From the human T2T-CHM13v2.0 reference genome, Homo sapiens: a stretch of DNA of 64,000 nucleotides. Numbering within the stretch: position 1 is the stretch's first letter; each line of letters starts with the position of its first letter. This document shows, in pieces, positions 10,658 through 24,200 of this stretch. The position numbers and the translations under genes are program-made. The stretch lies in NCBI RefSeq assembly GCF_009914755.1, contig NC_060938.1; one strand, written 5' to 3'. Under the pieces are notes generated by a model. That model saw only the letters and a list, made by a program, of their open reading frames with translations. It searched no databases and was not told the origin of the DNA.

Positions 10658-11158
10658 TCATTTCGGGGACTTTCCAAGGGTGAGGGAGCCGAGAGGAGGG
10701 AGCGAGTCCCTTAACCCTTCGCTGACCCGGCGTCCCCGCCGCGGTGAGGGCCCGAGGGCGGGAGCCGACCCGCCCTCGCCCAGACGTGGTCGACAGGTGC
10801 CCAGGGGTGGCGGGAGGGCGGCCCTACGGTGCAGGAAGGCCGAGGCGAGGCGTGCGTGGCCGTCCCCCGCCAACTTCGCGGTGCATTCCGCCCTCCCGCT
10901 CCTTACCCGCGCAGTCCCCAGGCTGGCCGCCGCCTCACCTGCACTGCCGCTTCCGACCGGGAGGCGGTGGGCCGGCTCCTCTGTCCCAGGCCCGACTTCC
11001 GGGCCCTCCCCATTCGCCTGGAGCGCGTCCCTTCGTGGGGAGGGGCGGCCCAGGTATTTTAGCTTGGAGGTGGTGGTGGGGTGGGATGTTCGGTTTTGTG
11101 CAAGGGGGAAAGTGAAAGTCTTCGGAGTGAAGGAGGCGCTGCGGGTGTACGTATTCAT
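10658..11158 (-). other. 166-codon ATG-initiated ORF / candidate upstream alternative exon (possibly the old C14orf181 model)
   Basis: ATG at 11158; GC-rich low-complexity translation; internal donor CGG|GTAAGG at 10907/10906. The C14orf181 identity is from memory and unverified. Confidence 0.35.
10666..10675 (+). promoter_or_regulatory. Canonical NF-kB site GGGACTTTCC
   Basis: Exact match to the classical kB element, inside the upstream CpG island. Confidence 0.55.
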
Positions 11159-11469
11159 CGGCCAATCTGGACCCCAGGCGCACCTCAAGGCAGATGACAG
11201 TGTGCAGCACTGGGCCGCAGAACCCCAGAAGGTTAGGCCTAGTCACAGGCGTCAGCAGGGTACCCCCTCCTGAGAGCCCTGCAGTGTTGCACTTCCTCTC
11301 AGGCTTCAGGTCATTTGCAAAATCCCCCAAATTCTTCAGGTTGAAAGAGAGAGAGACACCTGGAGTCCCCTTGTTTAAAGTTTGGAATGCTGATTCCCTG
11401 GCCCAGATGGGGCCGGGGAATCTGCATTTTTGGTAAATTTCCATCTCACGACCCAAATACTAATGTTTG

Positions 11470-11645
11470 AGAATCAGTGAGCCAGTACATTGAAGTTAGG
11501 CAATCCTGGATCCAAATCTTGGCCATTTTCTAGCTATGTGACTTTTCAAGTCACTGACCAAGGCCTCAATTTCTTCATCTCTGAAATAGGAATCATGATA
11601 ACTGCCTACATTTGGCCCATAAAGTGCCTAGAGTCATGTCTCGCT
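11470..11645 (+). mobile_element. MIR SINE fragment
   Basis: ctggatccaaatcttggcc...agctatgtgac...ttcttcatctctgaaatagg resembles the MIR core. Confidence 0.65.
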
Positions 11646-13207
11646 GCAACCGTCTATATGTCATGCTGTTGTATGTAAACTAAGCCATTTGGCAACCCTT
11701 ATTACACCACAAAACAAATTCCGGGGCTATTCACTTGGCAAAGGACTATTCAGTGTAGACTTCCATTAAATGGTCAACTGACAACTTATAAGTTTGATCT
11801 GTGTCACTCTCTAGCCTCCACCCCCAGCCCTGGATAAGACAGGCCCTGAGGCCTGGAAATGGGGAGAGGCCCTGGGCTTGGAGCCTGGGGGAGAGTAAAG
11901 TGGTTCAGGGTAGGGTGATGGGGATCTGTTGCCCATCTGAAAAATACCTGATTATTGACACAAGTATTTTTGAAAACAACTACATCACTGGGGCCCTGTG
12001 GTAGTCTGTACAAGCCAGACTATCTTATCTCTCAAAGCCCTCAAGCCCCTCAGAAAGCTTAGTGTGTATTACTGAGCTGTCAATATTCTCCTGAACAAGG
12101 CAGAGGCCTCAGGAGAGGGCACTTTAGGGTCTACGGTAAATGCGGCACTGCAGGGTGTCTGGAATCTTTGGGTTTGGGAGCAGGCCGCCTCCTGCTAGGA
12201 CTACTGAGAATCCAATCCCAGGTCCAGCATTGCCCTGGGGGGTCTGATTGCCCGGGTCTCTGCAAGATGTTCCAACTGTCAGTGAAGTTATCAGGCCAGC
12301 CCACAGCTACACCTCTCCACCCACCCTAACCTAGGCCCCACCTAGAGCAGTCTGGCGTAATCTGACTCTCTTATTCCAGCTTGGGTTTTTCTCACTCCCC
12401 ATGCACTTCTCCCACCCTCCAGGGCACTCCGTGTGCTCTAGTCCTTTTTAGATGAGAATGAGCCATCTTCCTCCTACTCCGGGGCCTTTGCACATGCAAA
12501 TGCTTCTGTGTGAATCAACCTTCCTTTAGCCCAAGTAAATTCTAAATCATTTTTTAGAACCCAACTCAAGCCTCACTTCCTCAGGGAAAACATTCTTGAT
12601 GCTTTCCTTTGTCACAAAACAGTGTCCCTCCTCTCTCTTAGGCTCTCATGGAATGTTCATTTCCTTCAAAGTAGTTATTTCAGTTTGTGAGTATACATTC
12701 ATTCCTGTAACTTTTTTTTTTTTACTTTCAATTTAACATACAGTAAAATTGATCTTTATTTGGCATACAGTTCTATGAATTTTAACTTATGAATTGATTC
12801 ATGTAACCACCACCATAATCAGGTAACAGAACAGTTCCATTACCCCTCAAAAACTCCCTCATACTATCCCTTTGCATTCATACTTTCTCCATCTCTAGTC
12901 CCTGACATCCACTGATCTGTTCTCTATCATTGCAATTTTGTCTTTCCCAGAATGTCATACAAATGGAATCATATTGTATGTTTGATTTCACGCAGTATAT
13001 GCCTTTGATATTTAACCATGTTGTTGCATGTATCAATAGTTCATTCCTTTTTATTGATAAATAGTATTTCACTGTGTGCTTATACAATAGTTTATCCATT
13101 TTCCTGTTGAAGGGCATTGGATTATTTCTAGCTTTGGGCCATTATGAATAAAGTTTCAATAAACACTCATGTACAGGTTTTTGTGTGAACACAAGTTCTT
13201 ATTTCTC

Positions 13208-13502
13208 TTTTTTTTTTTTTTCGAGTCTCGCTCTGTCACCCAGGCTGGAATGCAGTGGCACAATCTTGGCTCACTTGCAAGCTCCGCCTCCCAGGTTCAC
13301 GCCATTCTCCTGCCTCAACCTCCCGAGTAGCTGGGACTACAGGTGCCCACCACCACGCCCAGCTAATTTTGTTTTTGTATTTTTAGTAGAGATGGGGTTT
13401 CATCGTGTTAGCCAGGATGGTCTCGATCTCCTGACCTCGGGATCCGCCCACCTCGGCCTCCCAAAGTGCTGGGATTACAGGCGTGAGCCACTGCACCTGG
13501 CC
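13208..13502 (-). mobile_element. Alu (AluY/Sc-like)
   Basis: Full dimer with poly(T) head; TSD ~ttct(t/c)atttctct. Confidence 0.95.
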
Positions 13503-14229
13503 AAATTCTCATTTCTCTAGGGTAAATAACTAGGAGTGAGATTTCTGGGTGATATGGTAACTGCATGTTGAAATTAATACAAAACTGCCAAATCATTTTC
13601 CAGAGTGGCTATACTATTTTGCATTTCCAACAACAACATATGAGAGTTTCCACTAGCTCCACATCCTCACCAGCACTTAACAGTATTACTGTTTTTTTGT
13701 TTTAGTCATTCTAATAGGTATGTGGTAGTCTCACACTGTGGTTTTAGTTTGCATTCCTCTAATGGCTAATGATGTTGAACATCTTTTCATATGCTTATTT
13801 TCCATCTGCATATACTTTTTGGTGAAGTGTCTATTCAAACCTTTTGCCTATTTTTTAGTTGGGTCATTTAGTTGGTCATTTTCTTACTGTTGAGTTTTGA
13901 GAGTTCTTTACATATTCTGGATATATAAAGTTCCTTTGTTGCTTATGTGACGTGCAAATATCTTCTCATGTCTGTACCTTATCTTTTAACTCTCCAAGCA
14001 AAGGATCTTTCACACAGCAAAAGTTTTTCATTTTAATGAAGTCTAATTTATCAGTTTTACCTTTTGTGGGTCATGCTTTTGGTGTCACAGCTCAGAAATC
14101 TTTGCCTAACCCCAGGTCATTAAGATTTTTTGTTACCTTCTGAAAGTGTTATATTTTTCATGGTCTGTTGTTAGGTGCATAAATGTATATAACTGTTCTA
14201 TCTTCTTGCTATATTGAGCATTTTATTAA

Positions 14230-14556
<327 letters not shown>

Positions 14557-14979
14557 AGTTGTAACCTTTTTTGATTTAAAGTCTATTTTGTCTAATATTA
14601 GTATAGCCATTCCTGCTCTCTTTTGGTTACTATTTGCATGAAATATCTTTTTCTGTCCTTGTACTTTCAATCTGTTTGTGTCTTTAGATCTAAAGTCAGT
14701 CTTTTGTAGGCAACATATAGTTGGATCAGGTTTTTTGTTTATCCATTCTGCCAATCACTGTCTTTTGATTGGGGCACTTAATTAACATTTAAAGTAACTA
14801 CTGATGAGAAGGGACTTAATTCTGTCATTCTGTTATTCGTTTTCTAGATGCCTTAGAGTTGTATTGTTCCTCATTTTTCTATACTACTATCTTATTTTGT
14901 GTTACTTGATTTTCCATAGTGAAACATTTAAATTCCTTTCTCATTTTCTTTGGTACATTTTCTTTCTATACTACAACTA

Positions 14980-15568
14980 CAGTAGTCCTTCCTTTATCCA
15001 CACAGGATATGTTTCAAGACCCCCAGTAGATGCTGGAAACCAGGGATAGTACTGAACCCTGCATGTACTATGACATTTTTTTTCCTTCAGAATTTCATGG
15101 ATAAAAGTTTCATTCATACTATAGATCCTAGCAATATAAGCATATGATTCTTCTTCCTTGTTGAGAATTTTCACCTTTTCACTTGAAGCAGTTTACTGCT
15201 TTGTTCTCTCCAAATTGCCAGCATCACTACTCTTGCATTTTGGGGCCATTATTAAGTAAAATAAAGATTCCTTGAACACAGGTGCTGTGATACCACAGCA
15301 GTCAATTAGATAACCGAGATGGCTACCAAGTGACTGATGGGCAGGTAGCAGATATGGTGTGGGTACACTGGACAAAGAGATGATTCATGTCCCAAGCAGG
15401 ATGGAGCAGGATGGCATGAGATTTCATCATATTACTTAGAATGGCATGCAATTTAAAACTTAAGAATTGTTTATTTCTGAAATTTTCCATTTAATATTTC
15501 CAGACTGTGGTCAATTGTGGATAACTGAAACTACAGAAAGTGAAACCACAGATAAGGGGGGACTACTG
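14980..15568. mobile_element. MER44-family (Tigger/TcMar) non-autonomous DNA transposon
   Basis: Terminal inverted repeats CAGTAGTCCTTCCTTTATC...GATAAGGGGGGACTACTG with a TA duplication on both sides (14978-79, 15569-70). Confidence 0.85.
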
Positions 15569-16247
15569 TATTTTCTTTGTGGTTACCATGGGGATTACAT
15601 TTAACATCCTAAAGTTAAAACACTGTAATTTGAATTTATAACAGCTTAACTTCAAAAACATACAAAAATTCTGCTCCTTTACAGCTGCATCTGCATCCCT
15701 TTTGATTATTGATGTCACATAATTATGTCTTTATACATTTTGTGCCCAAAAATATAAACTAATAATTATTTTAAGTGTGTTAGTCTTTTAAATTCTGTAG
15801 AAAACAAATGTGGCATTACAATCCAAAGTTATAATAATTTTAGCTTTTAGACTAATCATTGTTTTTTAAAGTAGTCTCTTAAATTATGTCACAAAGTAAA
15901 CTTACAAACTGTTGTTTCAATAATACTAGCTCTTATAATTGCCTTTATTGAGATCCTCATTTCTTCATATGGTTTCAAGTTACTATCTACTGTTCTTTAT
16001 TTTACTTTGCAGGACACCCTTGGGGCATTTCTTATAGGACAAGTCTAGTGGTAATGAATTCCCTCAGCTTTTGTTTATTTGGGAATGTCATTTTCTCCAT
16101 CACTTTTGAAGGACAGTTTTTCCAGATACAGGATTCTTGTTTGATTTTTTTTTTTGTTTTAACATTTTAAATATGTTGGCCCACTGCCTCTGGTCTCCAA
16201 AATTTCTGATGAGAAATTTGCTGATAATCTCATTAAGGATCCCTTGT

Positions 16248-16384
16248 AGCTGGATGCATTGGCTCACACCTGAAATCCGAGCACTTTGGGAGGCCAAGGC
16301 AGGAGGATTGCTTGAGACCTGGAGTTCAAGATCAGCTTGGGCAACAAAGGAAGACCTTATGTCTTTAATTAAAAAAAAAAAAAA
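16248..16384 (+). mobile_element. Alu left monomer (FLAM/AluJ-like)
   Basis: Single diverged monomer with an A tail. Confidence 0.8.
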
Positions 16385-17416
16385 GAATCTATTTTATGTG
16401 AGTCACTTCTCTTTTGCTGCTTCAAGATTCTCTTTTTGTCTCTGACTTTTGAGAGTTTGATTATAATGTATCCTGGTGTGGGTTTCTTTATTTTACTTGG
16501 AGTTCATTGAACTTCTTGGATGTTCATATTCATGTCTTTCATCAAATTTCAGAAGTTTTTAGCCATAGTTTCAGATATTCTTTCCCCTTTTCTCTCTCTT
16601 ATTCTTCTGGGACTCCCAGTATGCATATAATGGTGTTCCACAGGTCCTTTAGGCTCTCTTCACTTTCCTCAATCTTTTTCCTTTCTGTTCCTCAGACTTG
16701 ATTATTTCCAGTGTCCTATCTTCAAATTTGCTGATTATTTTTCCTGCTTCCTCAAAACTGTCTTTGAATCCTAAAGTGAATTTTTCATTTTAGTTATTGT
16801 ACTTTTCAGCTCCAGAGTTTCTTTTTACTTTCACTTTAGGCTTGCTATCTCTTTATTGTTATTCCCATTTTATTCATACATCTCTTTCTTGACCATCTCC
16901 ATATCTTTATTTAGTTCTTTGAGCATCTTTAAGACAGTTGTTTTAAAGTCTTTATCAGTAGATCTTCCATCAGTTATTTTTCAGGAACAGTTTCTGTTGA
17001 TTTATTTTTTGGATGTGCCATGCTTTCCTGTTTCTTCGTATGTCTTGTGATTTTTGTTGTTGTTGAAAACTGGACATTTCAATCTAATAATGTGGTTACT
17101 CTGGAAATCAGATTCTCCCCCTTCACCAAGGTTTGCTGGGTTTGGTAAATTTTTTTTTAATTATTGTTGTAGGCTGTCTCTGTGCCAAGGATCAGCCTGA
17201 GGTATAAATGTGAGGTCTTCTGAGATCTATTCTGAGCCTGTGCCTTTCTCTGATCATGCATGGGCATTCATTTTCAAATTTTCCCGGTGTATGTAATTGA
17301 TTTTGAATGTCCTAGTCTTTAATATCTGGTTCCAAAAAGAGGAAAAAGACAGAAATGAAGAGTTGATTTTTTTAAAGGAGGCCTTCATCCCTTTAAATGC
17401 CCTATAAGTTAGTTCA

Positions 17417-17791
<375 letters not shown>

Positions 17792-18688
17792 CTACATCTC
17801 TGTTATCAGAAGCAGTAATCAGAGCACAAATCCCTGATATTTGGAGGACAGGGTCTTTTGGCCCACCCTAGCTCCTGTAAGCTGTGTGCAAGCTACTCCA
17901 GGAACATATGCACAGCTGTCTGCCATAGGGTTGGAGGTGGGGGATGGGTAGCTGCTACTGCTCTAAGAGCTGATATTGACCAAAATTAAACACAAATTAC
18001 TGTTCAAGCCTCCCCCTGGAATTTGCAAGCCTTCAATAGACTCCAGAGTTCCAAAATAGTTGTATCAGACAGATTCTGCCAGTGCAATTGTTTTCTAAGA
18101 GGGGAAACATTCCTAGTGCTTCCTACTCTGCCATGTTCCTAGAATCCTCCCCTAAAAGTAGTTACTTCAGATCTGTAATCCATTTAGAGTTAGTTTTTAT
18201 ATAAGATGTAAAATTTAGATTGAGGTTCTTTTTTTGCCTGTGGATTTTCACTTGCAACACTGTTTGTTTGTTGAAAAGACTGTCATTTTACCATTGAGTT
18301 GCCTTTACACCTTTCCAAAAATGTAATGGCCGTATTTGTAAGGTCTCTTTATTTTGTTACACTGATCTGTGTCCACCCGTTCACCAATACTACATGATCA
18401 ATTATTGTAGGTATTTACTAAGTCTTAAGATGGTGTAATTCCTCCAACTTTTTTCTTATTTTTTGAAATTGTTTTAGCTATTCTAGTTCCTTTGCCTTTT
18501 CATATAAACTTCAGAATCAGCTTGTCTGTATCTAGAAAAAAAAACCCTACTGAGATTTTTATTGGCAATGCATTAAATCTATAGATCACTACAGGGAGAA
18601 TTACTATGTTGAGTCTTCTAATTCATGCACATGGTATGTCTATTTAGGACTTATTTGATTTCTTTAATCAGTGTTTTATAGTTTTAAT

Positions 18689-18811
18689 CTTTTTTTGAAA
18701 TGGGGTCTTGCTATGCTGTCCAGGCTAGCCTCAAACTCCTGGGCTTAAGTGATCCTTCTGCCTCAGCCTCCCAAGTAGCTGGGACCACAGGCATGTGCTA
18801 CCATGCCCAGC
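18689..18811 (-). mobile_element. Alu monomer (FLAM-like)
   Basis: Single monomer; TSD tgttttatagtttt. Confidence 0.8.
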
Positions 18812-18896
18812 TGTTTTATAGTTTTTAGCACAGGGATTCTATATATATTTCATTAGATTTATACCTAATATTTCCTAGTTTTTAGAACTATTGTAA

Positions 18897-19191
18897 TTTT
18901 TTTTTTTTTGAGATGGAGTTTTGCTCTTGTTGCCCAGGCTGGAGTGCAGTGGTGTGATCGCAGCTCACCGCAACCTCCACCCCACTGGGTTCAAGCAATT
19001 CTCCTGCCTCAGCCTCCCAAGTAGCTGGGATTACACGCATGCACCACCATGCCTGGCTAATTTTGTATTTTTAGTAGAGACGAGGTTTCTCCATGTTGGT
19101 CAGGCTGGTCTTGAACTCCCAACCTCTGTTGACCCGCCCGCCTCAGCCTCCCAAAGTGTGGGATTATAGGCGTGAGCCACCACACCCAGCC
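18897..19191 (-). mobile_element. Alu (AluS)
   Basis: Full dimer. Confidence 0.95.
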
Positions 19192-19313
19192 TTTTGAAAT
19201 CTTGGTCTCCACTTGTGTATTAGTTTATAGAAATTCAGTTGATTTTTGTGTATTGACCTTGTCTCCTGTGATCTCACAAAATCACTTTAGTTGTAAGAGG
19301 ATTTTTTTGATAG

Positions 19314-19636
<323 letters not shown>

Positions 19637-20640
19637 GTGTGTTTTTGTTTTTAATGCAGACAAGCACATATTGTCTATACATAGGAATAATTTAATTTCT
19701 TCCTTTCCTAACGTATGCATTGTATTTCATTTTCTTGCCTTATTGCTTTATCCAGGATTTGCAATACAGTGTTGAATAGGCATGGTAAGAGTAGATGCCC
19801 TGACCTTGTTCCTGATTTTAGGGGGAAAGCATTCAGTCTTTCATTTTAAAATACAACATTCGTTGCCAGTTTTTTTGTAGTCATTTAACTTTTTAACATT
19901 CCCTTCCCACTAGGATGTATGCTCCATCAAAGCAGGCTCTCTCTGCTCTCAGCTCAACTCCCAGTGCCTGGCTTAGTGCCTAGCAGAGAGTAGGCCCTCA
20001 ATAAGTATTCGTGGAAAAAAAATGAAGATTTAGTACTTCTCTACTTCGCTAACTTAGCCAGCCACAATCAGGGTTCTGTATGACAGACAACAGAGGGACT
20101 TGGCTGAATATGCAAGACATTAGAAGAATAATCTTACAATAAATACCCCAACAGATCCAACTAGGCATTGGCCCCATAGAGTTGACAATCTTAAGCTGCA
20201 GAGCATTTGTAGATCAGCTTTTCTGCAAGCTATCCTGTGTCAAAGCATTTATCTATGAGGAATAGATGACCGCAGTATAATAATTATTTCAGATCAAGAG
20301 CATTCCATTCCCAAAAGGAATTTAAACAAAAAGCTTTCAGCTCTGAAAAACAGGGGTTTTCAGGATAGAGAATCCCATTGCTCTGAAATCTTAGGCCCTC
20401 AGATGGGTGGGGTTGTTTCGCTAAATTTATTTCAGCCACTTATAAAACAGAAGGGGGAAGAAGTGGGTGGGTGCCTGCACACCAACCCTGGCTCTGTAGC
20501 ATTAATATCTGCCGGGTTCAGGCTTTTATTTGGGTTTTGTTTTACGTTGCGGGGCTGGAGAGACAGGCAGGCAGCAGGAGTGTCTCACAAATGCACGACT
20601 TTCAAATTGCAGTTTCCTACCTTTCTCCATGTACGTTATC

Positions 20641-20666
20641 GAGAGAGAGAGAGAGAGAGAGAGAGA
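20641..20666. repeat. (GA)13 microsatellite
   Basis: Direct read. Confidence 0.95.
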
Positions 20667-20963
20667 ATCTGCTTGCTTTCTTTCCGGCACAAGTGTGAGT
20701 GGAGGGAAACTGGGGTATTTGTCCCTGGCCCCCATGAGAACCCCTACCCAATCCCACACACACATACCTCCAATGGCTCTATTACTTGAATTTTAGGGGT
20801 TGTTGGATATAAAATTCAGGCCTTTTAAACCGTGTTTACCTCCTCCCCAGCTTCCCCAAAGCACTGAACACACATTCTCCTTAGTCCCTGATACCTGAAC
20901 AATCTCTTCTGCCACCCAAACCCCTATAACTAGAAAAAGGATTTGAAATGATGTTGCTTTTTT

Positions 20964-21230
<267 letters not shown>

Positions 21231-24200
21231 GAAATGATGTTGCTTTTTTCAAACTTGTTTTTTGCTAAATTTGAAATACTTTACAAAGCACAGGTTAATG
21301 ACCTCCCACAGATGTAAGGGGAAACTGAGGCACAGGAGCAGGAGGTGGCAGCAGGTGACCCGCACCTACTGCAAGTGGCTGAGATTGAAGTCCAGTATTG
21401 ATGTCCAGTCCTTGGCTGGCTCTCAGAGGTTCCTGGCTGAACTCAGGACTAGAGAAAGCCTGGGCTCTGTATCTGGGGGCTTGCTGCTGCCTGGCTGCTG
21501 CTGTTTGCTGGCAGAAAGAGGAGACATGCATGAGGAAGCTAAGAAATCTGCTGTGCCCGAGACTTGAATAACTACATGAGAACATGGGGAAGTACCGTGC
21601 ACAGTGCCCAGCCCATGGGAACCCAAGTGCCAGTTTTCTTCCTTGGCTGGGTCACCAAGGAAGGTGGGAGAAGGAGCGTCTGTCCTCTCCTCTCTCTACC
21701 CCTGAGGCGGGAAGACTGGCAGGGACTGGTGGGAGGGAGGGTGGCCTGGGGCAGATGCTGGGGAGAGGCCTGATTTGCAGATAATCCAGGGGGGTCTTGC
21801 TCTAAACTGTGGGGTCATCTTCAGGGCAAATCAAGGGATTCACACTTACTAGTAAGCTGTAAAGTGTTCACAGGTAAACCAAGGTACTATTTTGTCCTAG
21901 CATCAGTGAGTTTGCTTTGGAATTATCCTCCACTACTCCCTAGCAAGGCCCTGGTATGGCCAACTCCACCCTGAGAGCTGTTCTTTTGAGAAACAGGAAC
22001 CTCCCCAGCCAGAGCAGAGATCAGACAGCTCTTGGAGGGTTGCCATGTGGACAGCCGGCGGGGGAGTGAGAGAGGACGGGTCTTTGCCACAGCCCTGTGA
22101 CTTCTTTAGTGCTGAGTTTCTCCCACCAACTGCACCCTCCACCCCGGGGTACTGTGGGCCCCCAAACCAGGGCCTGCTCTTGTCTGACCAAAGGCAACCA
22201 GATCTGCTGCAGCTGCTGGGTGAGGAAACAAGCTCTCCCAGAGACCAGGGAAGCAGCTGGAGAAAGATTCCTGCCAGCCCCGGGGGTGTAAATATTTATA
22301 CAACGTGGTGCTGGTGCGTGGGAAGAGGGAAGGCAGAGCGAGGTGGCAGGAATGAGGAGGCACTGACACGGACAGATTTAAGGAGGCTGCACTTGGGGCC
22401 CAGCTAGGAGTGAGGCGGCCCAGGCAGGAAGGAGCAGGAGGCTGCTGGGATCCTAATCCCCACTTGAATTCCTATGTCAAAGAGGCTGGGTCTTTGCCCC
22501 CAGCTCTCCTGCCACAGTCAAGGGGAGCAACTTGGAAGAACATTCATCACCCATCCCCTAGTCATTCCTCCTGTTGATTATAGCCCTCTATATAAAGCAG
22601 GAGGCACTGCCTGGAATCAGAGATAAACCAAGTCCACAGGGCCTAGGAGTAAGGGCCTTTGGCCTCCTGAAGTTTATGCTTTTCGGGTCTTAAAGGATGC
22701 TGGACCCCGAGAGTTGGACTCCAGAGCTAAAGGCTTAGAAAATATAAACAAAATACAAAATGTAAGCAAAGAGTTGTCTCAAGCCTTTATATAACCAACA
22801 GCACTTCCCTCAAGTGACAGGGAACACTGTGCATTGATGAAGATGATGAAGGACAGATGGGACCCAGAAAGAGAGCAAGGTGTGCCTATGGAAACAGCCC
22901 TCAACCACACTTGCCAGAGAAGCAGGTGGCCACCATCAGCACAGAGCCTAGAAAAGATAAGGCAGTCCAGTGGGTGTCTACCTGGAGCTCTTGAGCCCCC
23001 TCACCCCAGGATGCCGCTCAGCTCCGGGTGTGCCCAGGCAGAGCACTGATCCACCGGCCCCTCAGCCGCACCCACTGAGGACTGACGCCCCAGGATGGGA
23101 AGCATGCCTGGACCGGTGGGGACAGCCAGATGGACTCCAGTCGATTTGCCTTGGACAGCTGGGGAGCAGGGCCCAGGATGCTCCCACCCCACCCCACCAC
23201 TCCAGACAGGGAGGGGTGTGGTTGCAATTTCTAGGATTTCTCTGCCACTATGCCCATCAAGAAGTGCCACCTGCCTCATCAGTACCAGGGCTGACCCTCA
23301 GAGCCTCCCACAGGTGGGGTTTGCCCAGCGGCCAAGAGTCTTTAATACACCCCACAATTACCAGCCTCTTCTAGCATTCCCCCTGCACCCTCAAAATGAC
23401 CACTGGCCAAGGGCTGTGATAGTGGGAAAAAAGGACTTTCCACTGGAAAACTGCCTCTGTCTCCCCAGCAGACACCTCTGGATGCCCAGGTCAACTTCAG
23501 CCACTGAGTCAGAATTGAAGGAAACCCAGACTCGGGTCCCAGGAGGCAGTCCCTATGCTGCAAAGTCTTCAAACACAGCACCGAGTTTTGTAAGGAATAC
23601 ATTCCCAGTGGGTGCAACTCCATGGAGCTCCAGCCTTTCCTGGTCTAACCTGGTTAATCCTCCAACCCACAGCCCGAAGGGTGGATTCCATTGCCTCCCC
23701 GAGCCATGAAGTCCCAGGCCCACACACTGTGGAGGAGACACCATCTGCCCCAACCCTCAGCCCAGGCCTGGCAGACAACATCAACCCTAACAGGGAGAGC
23801 AGCACTGTCCCCATCCCCCTCCCCAGAAGGACACCAGGGCTGGGAGGAGAATCTTCAGGCGCCCAAGACCTCTTCTGCCGCCGTGGCTCTGCCTGCCGGC
23901 TGTGGCCTCCTCCTTGCCAGCTCTGCTTAAACAGATGAACAAGAATAAAAGCTGTGTGACCCAAGGAAAGCTTTAGGGAAAAGAACTGAAGCTGAAAGGG
24001 AAAAAAAAAAAATCCCAAAAAACTCTTAAGAAATGGGAGAGGATCAGAATTCAAGAAACAGACAAAATAAATCATCCAGGAATCCAGATGTAAAACAAGG
24101 CAGGCCAAAAGAAAATAAAAATTATGCTAAGAAGGCAGAGTGAGGTGGGGAAAGGAGCTGAGAAGGATAAAGAGGGGGCCAGTTATAAATATTCTGAAAA

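Larger units (their letters stand above)
7000..11200. promoter_or_regulatory. CpG-island complex / extended ZFP36L1 promoter
   Basis: Clusters of dense CpG and high GC (7780-8000, 8230-8830, 9130-9500, 10150-11200); no repeats. Confidence 0.85.

Noticed and set aside
9949-11456. Multiple 140-207-aa ORFs on both strands of the upstream CpG island
   Set aside because: Mostly non-ATG starts and GC-driven stop-codon depletion; only the 11158 ATG with a phase-0 donor was kept as a candidate.
22834-24108. 204-aa and 179-aa ORFs, with TATA-like TATATAAA at ~22588
   Set aside because: No domain, no splice structure, no Kozak support; expected by chance in GC-rich intergenic DNA.
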